Source: Lophium mytilinum (lineage: Eukaryota). Taken from it: 64,000 nucleotides of DNA. The stretch spans positions 2,026,616-2,090,615 of the forward strand of contig MU004186.1 of assembly GCA_010093605.1 (NCBI GenBank), in the 5' to 3' direction. Of the stretch, positions 37,593 through 49,527 are shown one piece after another. Within the stretch, counting starts at the first letter, position 1; every line of letters starts with the position of its first letter. A program made the position numbers and the translations under genes. The notes under the pieces are model-generated. The model was not told where the DNA came from. It ran no database searches and was given only the letters and a program-made list of their open reading frames with translations.

Positions 37593-37789
37593 AAAAAGAA
37601 ATTCAAGGAGCAAAAGTTCGCCGGGCAGGGCCCTACGCTACATCTTTGTCGTGTGGAATGGCGCTCTACAGACCCAGGCTGGATTCCAACCCAGCCACGG
37701 GGGCGACTTACTGGTCGACTTGGGGGTCGGCCTGAGTCTCGGAAGACTCAGACGGACCAACCAGGCCACCGATTGCGCTATGGAGTGCC
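37593..37789 (-). ncRNA. Candidate RNA polymerase III-transcribed structured ncRNA (tRNA-type promoter, not a canonical tRNA)
   Basis: TATA-like tract 37805-37815, A box TAGCGCAATCGG (37769-37780), several stems, degenerate internal B box (37681-37691), T-run terminator (37593-37601), and a consensus B box GTTCGACCC just downstream (37564-37572). Confidence 0.55.
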
Positions 37790-38420
37790 AAGAAATTTTT
37801 GCAAATATATAATAAGGTAGGGTGTGATAAGTTACTTTCACTTGCTAAATCACACTCACATGCAAATTACGGTCACTTGCTAATTATGCTTACCTGCTGA
37901 TCACATTTACCTGCTGAATCCCGATCACCTCCTCCATCACGTTCATCTAAGGTGCTCCAAATGTTCCGATAGTTTGCCAGGCCTTGACATGCTTTCAACA
38001 CCTTTGCCGTAGAGGACAATCCTCGAGAAAAAGCTCCAAGCTACTAAACGGTGGATGGCGGGTAAGAGGTCCTACTAGATGTGTTGCGCAAAGAGCTGCT
38101 TCTCACTCGCCCGTTCAAGCTCAAATTGAGGCAAGGTAATGTTTCTACATTTTCATCGTGCAGCCTCCGTCTCACGTCCTCAAACATTGTAGGATCCAAA
38201 ACACGAGCTACCCATCCTCAATGCATCAACATGTGCCAACAACATCACCTCCAAATGCTACTCCTACTACCGACCACTGCTACCGCCACAGCCTCCACAC
38301 CTTCTACCGCCCTGCTCCATCTCTCTTAGCCGTCCAGCTCCCTCCGTACACTCCCATCAACCTCGCCCCGCCTCCGCCAACCCGCTCTCCCTCACCCTCA
38401 CCACCACCACGGCAGCCCTA

Positions 38421-40433
38421 ATGTGCAAGATCCTAAGCTACACGCACTCCTGCGGCCATTCGGCCCGCTACCTCCTCTCGCGCTGCCGCGGCACCTACCA
38501 CAAACCCAAACGCCGCGTCGCCTTCAGCAAAGTCGCGTGCCTAGCCGTCGACTACCTCACTATCACATCGCGTGACCCGTGCGGGCCATGTCAGAACGCG
38601 CGGTTCGAGAGCGAGTGGCAAGGCCGCCTGGAGGCCGGGCGGGCGCTGCTGCGCGAGCTCGACAGCCGCGGGCTGGACGAGAACCGTGTTGCGGAGGGGC
38701 GGATGGCGGAGCTGGAGGAGCAGTATCTGGTCGAAGCGTGGACGAGTCGTCTGAGGTTCCCGCCGATGGGGAAGCCGGGGTATGAGAAGCCGGGTATTCA
38801 TCCGAGGGTCGGGGGCAGGTCGCCGTTGAGATGGGAGCTGATGCCAGAGGATGTGGAGATTCAGGTCGAGGAGGTAGACGGGGAGCCATTGAAGAGGTTT
38901 GGCGGCACGTTTCAGGCCTTTTTCGAGGACCTGTATGGGATGTGGGGGCCAGAGATTGACGAGATGGCGGCAACAGGGGTACAGCAGAGTGAACAGGTTG
39001 AGGAGGAGCCCGCTGATTCTGCTCTAGCTTCTTCATGGAATCCAAATTGGGAAGATTGGAGTGGAGAAGGCGACGAGGGCAATGCGGAGGCCTGGAATGA
39101 TGCTAGCCTGGACTCAGTGGGCCCGGAGACGCCGATAGAAGAAGGGGAGGAGCCCGATGATCTCTGGGAGCGGTCCCCTACTCCCACTCCGTTGGACCAG
39201 GAATCAATTGGCCAGCTAGAGTTAGAGTCGACATCAGATGCTCTCTGCTTCTACAACTACGTCCCGCCGACGTTCAAGGTAGACTCGCTCAAGGAACAGA
39301 TCACACTCAAGGACAATGCCGCCAAAGCTAAAGCTCCTGAACCCCAGCCGGACCCGGATTGGGACTCAACGAACGGAGAGCCCAAGCGATATGTGAGCTT
39401 ACTAGGCCATCTCAAACAATACGAAAAGAGGGAGCTATCACCAGAGACAGAGCCTGATTTAGAACCGGATACAGAGACAGAACCAGAAGAGAGCGACACG
39501 CTCTCAAACAGTGTGTCACTGAAGTTGGACGCATATGATTATGCGGAAGAACCAGTGGCGGCTATCAATGCTGAGACTAACGGATTCTTCAGCAAGACGA
39601 TCAGCTACGAGAATGGCATTATTCCGCGCAGCTTCAGGACCAACGATACATTCGAGGACAGCAGCAGCAAAACGTTCAGCCACGAAAACGGCAAGAATCC
39701 ACACGCTTCTCAAGCCAACGGCTTACATGAAGACGACACCTCCAGCTACCCAGCCATCCACAAAAACAACACCAGTCCCCCCAAACCCACTTCCAACGGC
39801 GTACTCCACGACAACATCTCCAGCAAAACCCCCGAGGACGCCAACAGCGCCGCACAGCATCTGTCCCAAACCAGCCACCCGCTAGATGACAACATCTCCA
39901 CAGCCGCCCCACCAACATATATCTATCCCCCTCCTCCCCCTTCCCTCTCCGCGCCAGCGCCACAGCTCGATACCCCCCTCCCCTCCGAATCCATTACCCC
40001 CTCCGCCACCACCCGCACCGCGGCCGCGCAGCCCCCGACCGGCTCCCTCGCTTGCAAACATCCACCGACTGCCTTCGCCTACGCTGTGCGCTACAACCTG
40101 TCGCCCGCCGCCTTCCTCGCCGAGCGGCGGAGGCAGATGGTGGTTTTGGAGATGAATGTGAATGGGGCGTCGAGTCTGGAAGCGCCGAGGGCGGAGGGGA
40201 AGAGGGGGAAGGGTGCGAAGATTGGAGGGGAGGGGAGGGGGAAGAGGGTTGTGGAGGAGAGAGGGGAAAGGGGTATGGAGGCTGTTGATATGGGAGTGGG
40301 GATGGGGAAGGCTGGCGATGAGGAACAGCAGTTTGAAGGTGCTGATATGGGGAGGGAGAGGGAGAGGGATGAGGAGAGCGAGAAGCAGAAGAGGCGGGCG
40401 GGGAGGTTGGATTTGAGGGATGTGCAGTGGTAG
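38421..40433 (+). CDS. Hypothetical protein: N-terminal Cys/His-rich domain plus acidic low-complexity region with ~26-aa repeats
   Basis: 670-codon ORF starting MCKILSYTHSCGH...RCRG...ACL...PCGPC, a putative metal-binding pattern. Confidence 0.7.
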   Translation: MCKILSYTHSCGHSARYLLSRCRGTYHKPKRRVAFSKVACLAVDYLTITSRDPCGPCQNARFESEWQGRLEAGRALLRELDSRGLDENRVAEGRMAELEEQYLVEAWTSRLRFPPMGKPGYEKPGIHPRVGGRSPLRWELMPEDVEIQVEEVDGEPLKRFGGTFQAFFEDLYGMWGPEIDEMAATGVQQSEQVEEEPADSALASSWNPNWEDWSGEGDEGNAEAWNDASLDSVGPETPIEEGEEPDDLWERSPTPTPLDQESIGQLELESTSDALCFYNYVPPTFKVDSLKEQITLKDNAAKAKAPEPQPDPDWDSTNGEPKRYVSLLGHLKQYEKRELSPETEPDLEPDTETEPEESDTLSNSVSLKLDAYDYAEEPVAAINAETNGFFSKTISYENGIIPRSFRTNDTFEDSSSKTFSHENGKNPHASQANGLHEDDTSSYPAIHKNNTSPPKPTSNGVLHDNISSKTPEDANSAAQHLSQTSHPLDDNISTAAPPTYIYPPPPPSLSAPAPQLDTPLPSESITPSATTRTAAAQPPTGSLACKHPPTAFAYAVRYNLSPAAFLAERRRQMVVLEMNVNGASSLEAPRAEGKRGKGAKIGGEGRGKRVVEERGERGMEAVDMGVGMGKAGDEEQQFEGADMGRERERDEESEKQKRRAGRLDLRDVQW

Positions 40434-41010
40434 GTGCGTGTGCGTCTGAGCCGGCTATGGGAAAGGGTGGGGTTTGGTATTGGGTAGGGAGGCGGGTCTG
40501 GAGAGCGGAGCAGAGCTACTCTGAAATTGGGTTCCTGATTTGGAAGAAAGGATTGGTGCTGATACTGGGTTTTCTCTTTGGTTTGTTGGATGATGGTTTG
40601 GGTACACTCTAAGAGAAAGGGCCAAATTTGGATCGAGCTTTTCCTGATTCAGTCCTCAAAGTTCTCATTGTAGGATAAATGATACAGGGTATTCGAGCTA
40701 GGTCTCATTAGTCTAGTCCTCAAAAGTTTTCACAGTCTCTGCGTGCAAGTAAGAAGAATCGAGCTGACTAAGGGTTATTTTTGACTGTCGTTTTCACTTC
40801 TACCTTGAGTTCGAGAGTGTCCTTCAAGAAGGCCTAAATCGCGTCCTTGTAGAACTCAAATCAACACCGGGCGCCCTCCCAACTACCTCTAGCACGAGAG
40901 TCCCACTGAGGTCGAGGGACTGATTCTTCGTTTGCATGTGATACCAAAAACGCCGCACCCATGCCCACCAATGCCATCGCTGAAAGGGACACCGACCGAT
41001 CTTCGTGCTC

Positions 41011-42452
41011 TCAATGGTAGTTCCCCGGGCGCTCCCGCAGCGTCCGCCCGCCACTCCCACCGCCCATCACGGTGTCGAAGTACTGGCCGCCCCCTTCATC
41101 CAGTCCCAGCTGCGAGCCTCCCATGCCCATACTACCCATGCTCATCCCCATCATCAGACCCTTCTTTCCTTGAAACCGCGCTGAATCTACGATATTGAAC
41201 TTGCGCCCTACTTCCTTAGCTGACTGCACGGAGCCGGCGATGGACGCGAGCAGCGCGACGAGCTGGACGTCTGACTGCTCCTCTTGAGTCTCGCGAGCGA
41301 AGGCGGCGGAGTCTGGGGGCGCGAGGATAGGGATCCGGGCGAGGAGGGCGGAGATGGAGCGGAGGATGGGGTGGTTTAGAGGGAGTGCGGTGGTGGGGTC
41401 GGCGGGGGGGTTGGTGAAAGGCAGAGAGGGGTCGGAGAGGTAAGAGGGTGGGAGGGACGCCAGGTAGCGGCGGAGGAGGGTGATGCGTGTAGAGAGCATT
41501 TTTATGGCGTTGGATTTTGCGATTAGGGAGGAGAGGACTAAAGGTAATTAGTCAGTTAGGGGTAAATTGGGTGAGTAGAGGGGTCGACGTACTCTCTTCG
41601 TCTTCGGCGGTCAGGACGGTCGATTCGTCGATGACGCCTTCGGCTTTTGAGGGCTCTTTTGCTTTGCCTTTGCCCTTCTTGCTGCTGTCTTCTGAGGCCT
41701 CGGGGACAGATTTCGAGGATGAGGCTTTGGGTTTTGTGCCTTCTACGGCTGTTGCGTTACCGCCGCCTCGCGCGACGAAGTCCACACTGATCATCTCTGC
41801 CTCGCCTGTCTCGACTGTGTATACCAGCTCCCGGAACTTGACTGGCTTGCCCGTGGGCGCGCCATCAATGTCCATGGCCTTGTCATTTGGAATGACAGGC
41901 CCGGTCTCACTGATGCTCTCATAGAGGGTCAGAGGTAGCTTCCCGCCGGCCTTGACTTCCGCAACAGCGTCCTCGGGGTGGAAGAGTAGCAGGATTGGGG
42001 AGTCATTATGCAGCTCTTGTATCCGCGTGTGGATTGGGAGCATGTGGGATTGGGGTCCGGTGGAGGGGCCTAGGGTGAACCAGCCGACCAGGTCGAGTGC
42101 GGGTACTTTGTGGACGTCCTTGTCTATAGCAAGATTAGCTCTACTGCTCCAAGCTTAAGATGTCAAGATACTTACACTGCTCTAGCCGGCTAGCGAACCA
42201 TACATCGTCAAGCACAGCTTCGCCGGCGTCGTTCTGATTGAGCTTCGCTTGGAAGGCTACTTCCATTGTGATTTCCTGTCCATTTTGCTGTCCAAGGATG
42301 GCGCCAACTACAGGTCCTGGTAGCCGGCGTAGAGTGTGTCGGGTTAAGGAGTCTGTGATTGTGAGCAGGACAAGTGGATGCAGTTGTACCACTGGGCTGG
42401 TGTCCGATGCGCGCGCCGTGGATAATAGTGGGTTTGGTGGTCCTGCTGCCAT
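41011..42452 (-). CDS. CSN6: COP9 signalosome subunit 6 (MPN domain), 3 exons
   Basis: LHPLVLLTITD...GAILGQQNGQEITME, DLVGWFT, VETGEAEMISVDFVARG, NAIKMLSTRI, SDVQLVALL. Introns ~42123-42175 and ~41540-41592. Confidence 0.93.
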
Positions 42453-43310
42453 GGTGGAGCTTTGAGAGAGAAAGACGAACGTGAGGAGAGAACAGAGAGC
42501 AAAAGGAAAATGAGGCAGCCTGGTGGAGAGAGCTGGGAGCTTTTGATAGAGAGCAATGTGGGGTGGGAGAGCTGCCTAAGATCACACGTGACGTGACGGC
42601 GGCTATACTTATTCCCGGTCCATTGCTTGGCGGCGAATTTACGATTTGTCCAGCCTCGATCACTGTTTCACCAACAGCTCAGCAACGACACCCCTTATCT
42701 TCAAGTTGAAAGTTGGCACTAGGGCGTGATTTGCACGATGCGGAAGTGCTTTAACGGAGTCTTTCAGGAAGAGGCTTGTCTATACCACTAACCTAAAGGT
42801 GGTGCATATGACTCTACACTCGTCAACCGACTGACGGCCGCCACAAAATGCCGGAAGAGGAATTACGCATCTTATTTAGCCGCCGCCGAGTAATGATATT
42901 GTCGCAACATTGAGCTCTCCTATGTACTTCAACCTCTTCGCCCTCACAAGGGCATTTCATCACTGAAACATCCGTCAGCATAGTCATTCACAATAGTAGG
43001 TGTGTGCAGGTAAGATCTAGCGTCTAACGCATTCTAACGGCCTTCAAACGCGTACTACGATGCTTTATGTCAAATCTCTCTATCAATCGAAATTCAGAGA
43101 TTATCTAGCTATGGCATTATAGCTAAGACCACCACTCTAGTCCTTAACCCCTCAAGGTTGTGCTGTCCAAGCCCGTTCTTTTAGCAAATCCAACGCCAGT
43201 CCAATCACTTGCCAGCGACTTTACAACGCTTCTTCATCTATTTCAGCAAAGGACATCCTGACGCCATGATCCGGACGAGCACATAATCGCATCGCTATCT
43301 AGGGTATTGT

Positions 43311-44694
43311 TCATGTCTCCACGATGATCTTAATTACGAGATTCCCATCCTTGTCCATGGTTTTTCCTGCGAGCTCGAACGCTTCCTTTGCGGCAGCAAG
43401 TCCCTTGAAACGATGTGTTACCATATTGTCGAGACTTGGAAGAACGCCGGAGGACAGTATCTTGATACCAGTGGGGTAGGTATTTGCATATCGAAAGATG
43501 CCGATGATGTCAATCTCCCTCAGATGAGACGCAGACATAGGCAGCGTCTGGATGGGAGTACCCATACCAACCATGATCAACCTACCGCCAGGTCTTGTGC
43601 TCTAAGCGATAATTAGTCGTGAAAGGTGTATAGCTCTCTCAACATGACGTACATAAAGGCCAGACTGCATGCATATCTCCTTTCCAGTACAGTCGAATGT
43701 CACATCTGCTCCCTCAAAGTCTGGCTCATCGGCACATGCAATCTCGACAATGTCAGACGCAAGATCTTTAGCAGCAGCAAGCTTTTCGGCAGTCTCAGTC
43801 AGGTGGTGACGTGGTGTCACAGTGTACCCTTTTGTTGCAAAGCCGTTCTGCAATGCGTAGCTGACCCTGCCAGCATCGATGTCTGCAATCAGAACAGTAG
43901 TGGCTCCTGACATCTTGGCCATTGCTGCAACGAGAAGACCAACGGTGCCAGCGCCGAAGACGATAGCAGTGTCACCTTGCTCTATGGCGGCTCTCCGGGT
44001 TGCATGGATGGCGACCGAGAGGGGTTCGAGAAGGGCCGCAGCATCCATCGAAACGTGAGATGGAATCCTAGGCGACGTTAGCACCGGCCAGACTCTTTCT
44101 TTGGTCTCATGCAAGACATACTTGTGACACCATTTTGCAGGGTGGTTGATACGTTCTTGGAGCGTGCCTTGAAAGTGAGGGACAGACTTGGCGCTACTCC
44201 TGAACTGCATGCCGGGGCAAAGGTTATATCGACCTCGCTGACACGACCGACAGCTATCACAAGGCACGCCCACCTCCAACGCAACTCGTTCGCCAATCTG
44301 GAAGCCAGAAACCGCCTCGCCGACGGCAACGACGACGCCAGAAGATTCATGTCCCAGTGACAGCGGTGCTACAGCTTGCAAATCTCCGTTACGAAATTTG
44401 CTGTAGTACGAAACATCGCTGCCACACACGCCGGTAGCCTTGATAGCTACCTGGAGTTCGTGTGGGGCAGGGTCTGATATGCTTCTTGTTTCCTAAAGGA
44501 ACATTAAACCCCATTACACAAGCAACAAACACCCCCACGAAGGATTGAGGGCTAAAGGCTTGGGGCAAAAGCGAAATGGGATATCTTACAAGCCGCAAGT
44601 CCCTGGGCCCATGCAAAACTGACGCTTGGATGGAGGATTTGCCGTAGTGCTTGACTGGGATAGGATAGATATCCGCCAATGCTGAAGGAGCCAT
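43311..44694 (-). CDS. Zn-dependent polyol dehydrogenase (sorbitol/xylitol/L-arabinitol dehydrogenase family, MDR)
   Basis: CGSD, GHESSG, structural-Zn CxxCxxC...C, LLEPLSVAIHA, GAGTVG, GIFRYANTY. Three introns. Confidence 0.95.
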
Positions 44695-45569
44695 GACTAA
44701 AGAGGATGAAGGTAGTATTTCAACGGCCTAGATGCGGGAGGAAGGTGGTTGTCTCGTAACCCCACGAGAGCGTGGAGGCGTAGTTATAGAATGTCGGTCT
44801 GATAGTAAGATCACCGCAAGAGCCCATGCTGGCTCCTGTCTCTGGATCGTGCATCGGAGAGATAGTGGAAGTCCATGTACGTACGAGCGCCCACGTCATT
44901 AGCTGGGCGAATCATTCTCGAATTGTTCTCCCGTAGGGCAGGGATCAACTGGATGCTCGCGTAGCCTTTGCTTTTTCCCGTTACGCTGTATATAAAAGTG
45001 GCTAGAGGCCCGCTACTTCACTTCTACCGGATCAGCACCTTAGCCCTCCGAGGACCACAACACTCATTATCTCGTTGGCTGTCTTGCGCTACTGTTGCTG
45101 TCTATCAGCAGTACTAATGAAACAGCGATAAGGCAGCGTCGAGAGGCGTGTAGTAGGCCCATTATTTCGCCAACCTTCAGCCTGATATGCAGCCGACCAT
45201 CACCACACGAAACGTTGGCCTCTACACGCACCTGAGTGGTGCTTCGACAAGCGGCCAGAATAGAGGCCATGGACAATGCTAGCTATCTGCCGTTCCATGG
45301 ATGCAATCTTGCAGAGCATGGCGACAGGCAGCGGAATGTCTCAAAAACAGCGCTCTGGCGCAGCTCTGTACCATGGATTGACTTCATTGCCAGGGATTCC
45401 CGATATGCTGGGACATCGTTCAAGTCGAGCTTATCAGACGTTCAGCGCCAGTAGATGCCGCGATCCCGGTAGTCCTCCACCAACGAACCCGGTTCAGAAT
45501 GCTACTCATGCAGCGGCAGACCGGGCCAGTTCCGGGAATCTCTGGCGCGCGACGGGGAAGCGCCTCGTG

Positions 45570-46300
45570 GTGTGCGGCGGCGAGGAGGGATTATGAGTAA
45601 GTCCACCGCAGAAAGCCTTCCTATTGAGCAGAATGCCTTTCCCCGGCAACCTCAAGAGTGTCAATGCAAATTACTAACAGCGCCGCCGCTGATAAGCACA
45701 TGGAGTTTTATATTGCTGGTTTGCCCATTTCATCACGACATGGCACCAGTGTCCACAGTACGGACAGTCTCCAACGTTTTCTCCCGACACTTATGCAGGT
45801 GTCGATGCTTCTAGCAAGCGGTGTGAGCACCACTCGCACAGGGCGAGCAGCTCAGTTATACCCGGTCGAACAGACTCGCAACCTCGTGGAAGGAACTGCC
45901 GTACGCCGGCTTCCAGGGACGAGAAGCGGAGTATGGGCTCCGGCATGTTCTTGGAGTATGCTTCGACGACGGTTCTAGTTCGAAGTGTATCTTTCTGGGT
46001 GCTAACAGCGGTCCATCCTGGCCAAATCAACGCTATAATGGAGGTACAGGCTTGTTTTTCATCTGAAGGTCTCCAGCACGAAATACTAGGTATACCTGAC
46101 AGGTCTACCCGGCGCAGAACCCGGTGGTAAGGTTGCGATTTACAAGCACTTGCTAATACTATTGGCTGCCACACGCTGGGATCACGCTCTCTTTCACCGT
46201 TTCTTGTCGCAGTTTTCATTGCATATGTCGAATCGCTGCGCAGACAGCGGCGGAACGTCTTTGGCACTTCATACGTTCCAACACTCTTTATCAACTACGG
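45570..46300 (+). pseudogene. Possible decayed fungal-specific (Zn2Cys6-associated) transcription-factor domain
   Basis: Broken frames contain MFLEYAST...FW...GLQHE...STRRRTRW, resembling the LGLH...ExRRRxWW motif. No intact ORF. Confidence 0.3.
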
Positions 46301-46583
46301 TCTTGTTTCCTCATCATTGTTGACAGGGGCAAGAAAAAATCAAAGCCAATCTCACACCACGTGTGGACATGCATGTCCTTTCGAAGTCTGGGTTTTGGCT
46401 TTGCATACGCTTCCTAGAGTGCCGACCCCGATATCGCAGACCAAGACCAGGCCCTGCCCTGAGCCGCAGTCTCTGTTATACGTAGCCACGATTGTGCCAG
46501 AGGAAATCCTCCACATCGCTTGGGATGCCAGAACCCGTAGCTAGGACCATACCGACCTAAATCTGAGACCTGATCAACGCGGC

Positions 46584-48160
46584 CTACAAGGAGCTCTTCT
46601 TCCCAAACCCCACCTGATTCAGCCAGTTTCCTATGATCGCATTGACCTCATCTGGCTTCTGTGTTGGGGCCCAATGGGTCGCGTCGACTTCCCCTCTTGT
46701 TAAGTTCGGTAGATACGCCTCCATTCCTTTCGACATGGACGGTAACAAGACTGAATCAAATTTCCCCGCGATGAACAATGTCGGGATTTTGATGTAGCTC
46801 CTCTCACCCAAAAGGCTAGTTTCTCAGTTAGGAATTTCACCAATCCTTTCGCCTGACATGACACTCACGCTTGGTCTTCTTCCCAATTTGCCTTCCGCAC
46901 GCGATACCAGTTTACTAGGTCCATTTTAGTCACGTCACTTAGGAGGAAGTGAGCTGTTTCTTGCTTACAATTTCCATGCATTCCGTTTCGGGAAAACTCA
47001 TCAACGTAGTAGTCCATTTCCTGTATTTTGGTTAGTTTCCTATACTATTTCCCTGTTTACAATCGGGGTTTTCTGGAATAGTTCCCTGGGCGACACATCC
47101 TCACTGCAGCAGATGTTTCGGGAGGGAGTGAAGATTTCATGTGACAATGTAGTGGCATGAGACATTTTGGAAACACATACCTTGTCACTGAATAGCTTGG
47201 ACTTCCCGACTTTCGGTAGGTTCTCAAACAGGATTCCCTTCTCCGGGGAGAAAATCACCTCACCGTTTGGTCCCTTACCCCCGTACATGCCGTTGAGAAA
47301 CTGCCTGATCTGATCCTTGGTCTGAATGTGAGCTTCGACGTCAGGGCTGGCGAGATGCAGTTGGTATCCGAATTGTGGCCATTTCTCGAGATTCTCCGAT
47401 GGGCGGAACTCCTTCTGCGGCGGTCCGTATGGCGTGCAGATGGAGAAGACGTACGAGACTAGCTCAGGGTGCCTACCATTATCAGCATTTTTGTGTTTAC
47501 ATTCGCGTCGTACGTTCGATACTCGTACCATTGCGCAGTTCGCCATACCACGAACCCTCCCCTGAAGAGTCGGTCAGCACCATATGTATAATCACCTTGA
47601 AGTGGCACCGAGCAGCATACCAGTCGTGACCTCCCAGTATGATCTTCGGCGCACCAAGCTGCCTCGCTAGCTCTGCAATATCGTCTGCAGCTCTCTTGCA
47701 ACCATATAGATTAATCTCACTCGGCGGCACTCGCGGGCATGCCTACAATACGATTCATGTCAGATCCAACCCTCTCTTCTCCACACATCGTGTTGGCCGA
47801 AAAAGGGAAGCACTCACAGTTGCCCCAAAGCCCATCAAGTCCGGCGCCACAACTCTGAATCCTTTCTCAAGAAGGAATGGAATCTGATACCGCCATCCCA
47901 TTGACAGATCAGGCCAGCCGTGAATCTGCACAAACAATTAGCTCTCCGTCTCAATAATCGAAGAAACATCCATTGTTCGAACCCAAGAAAGTAATTATAA
48001 GTGACAATAGAGTAGATATAAAATCATTTACCAGAAACACAGTACCCTTAGGCGGCCCCTGTGGTTCCCCATACAAATAGTGATACGGTTGCCCATTCAG
48101 CAGCGCTGTCTTGCGCGCCACACGGGTATCCGAAACTGGATCAATAGGCTTGATAGCCAT
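46584..48160 (-). CDS. Soluble epoxide hydrolase (alpha/beta hydrolase), multi-exon
   Basis: HGWPDLSMGWRYQI (HGxP), APDLMGFGAT, nucleophile GGHDWGG, FGYQLH, NWYR, and catalytic His in THWA. About 7 introns. Confidence 0.92.
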
Positions 48161-48435
48161 AGTGGCTAGCAGTCTGCACCTCGGTTGTGATGTGTATGGT
48201 GAGCTTTATCGCGGAGATAGCGGCGATACACAGAACAGTCAATTAGGATACTCTACTCTACTGTGAGTGGAGGGAGAGGATGGAACCACACCAGTAGTAG
48301 GAATCTGAAGCTAGAAACTTTAGGTATAATAGTAATGCTTTGTATTTGTAGGTATGCGGGCTTTTGGACTTTTAGTGCTGACGTCCTCGGGGGACCGAGG
48401 CACAATCCTGTCATTCATGGAGGGGAAGGTGGAGT

Positions 48436-49224
48436 TAGTGACAGGCCATACGTCTGTGCACACTGGTTTGCCACTGCTTGGAGGACGCCCACAGCTTGTT
48501 GGAGAATCAAGGGCAATGTCGAGTTTCAAGCAGTGCACATTGGACTTCATTTTGACTAGATGGCCGCGTAGTAGCCAGGCTTCCCCTTACAGTGGTGTCC
48601 GGTGAGCAATACTTGAGTTAAATAGTGATGAATTCGAGTGCCTAAACTTATGGTTAAGTCTGTGCACACTGGTTTACCACCGCTTAGGGCACCCCCACGG
48701 GATATCGAAGATCTAACGGCGAAGTCGAGGTTTCAACAGTGCAGATTGGACTACTTCTTAACTACACAGCTACTTAGTAGCTGAGCCACCCCCTACAGTG
48801 GCAGCCGGCAAGCAAGATTTAGATCAAGTAGTAACAGGCCATAACTTTGTGAGTCTGCACACTGGGTTTACCACTGCCTGGAGCACGCCCACAGGATGTC
48901 GAATATCAAGGGCAATGTCAAGTTTCAAGAAGTGCAGATCGGACTGCTTCTTGACTACGTAGCTACTCAGTAGCTAAGCTACCCCCTGCAGTGGCGTCCG
49001 GTGAGCAAGATCTAAACTAAGCAGTTATATATTCGAATGTTCAGACTTGTGGTCTAATATTGTAAATTCAAGGGCAATGTCGAATTTCAAGTACTGTATA
49101 TTAGACTGCTTCTTGACTACATAGCTGCTTAGTAGCTAAGCCACCCCCCCACAGTGGCGTCCAGTAAGCAAGATTTGAGCCAAGCAAGCGATACATTCGT
49201 GTCCAGACTTATAGTCTCGTACTG
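48436..49224. mobile_element. Head-to-tail array of ~4 diverged copies of the 22373 MITE
   Basis: Repeated blocks CACACTGGTTT.CCAC.GC, TCAAGGGCAATGTC, TTGACTAC.TAGCTACT.AGTAGCT, CCCC..CAGTGG, and TIR-like ends (TAGTGACAGGCCATA...; GTGTCCAGACTTATAGTCTCGTACTG). Confidence 0.88.
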
Positions 49225-49527
49225 TGTACCACTTTGCTGTATATAGCAGATCTAGCACTAAAAGGAGGTGAAAGCCAATAAACCTATTTAACGTTCACTT
49301 GCAGGAAACTTGTATCAATCCGGAAAGACCTGCAGATATGCACTTCATGCCCTGCGGGCGGAATTATAGGTAAAAGGAGTATTATGTACTACCCAGACCA
49401 GTCGCTTTTGTGAAAACATCTGCACCCCATAGGCTTATATTGTACAAAAAAGCATCCACCAGGTCCTTCAAAATGCCAGGGGGAGGGGGAAAGGGGGAGA
49501 GGGAAAGGGGCAAAGTCTACCTTTTGC

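Noticed and set aside
37605..37680. HDV-like ribozyme reading of the 3' half of the candidate ncRNA (TTCCAC, GGCGAA)
   Set aside because: L3 would be far too long, the P1.1 GG is missing and P1 needs a bulge; I could not build a consistent nested pseudoknot.
37593..37789. Intron-containing tRNA, SRP RNA or RNase P/MRP RNA
   Set aside because: No proper D stem, anticodon arm or acceptor pairing, and no SRP helix-8 or P4 consensus motifs recognised.
48436..49224. CRISPR array
   Set aside because: Eukaryotic context; units are ~200-bp diverged repeats without unique spacers and match a MITE.
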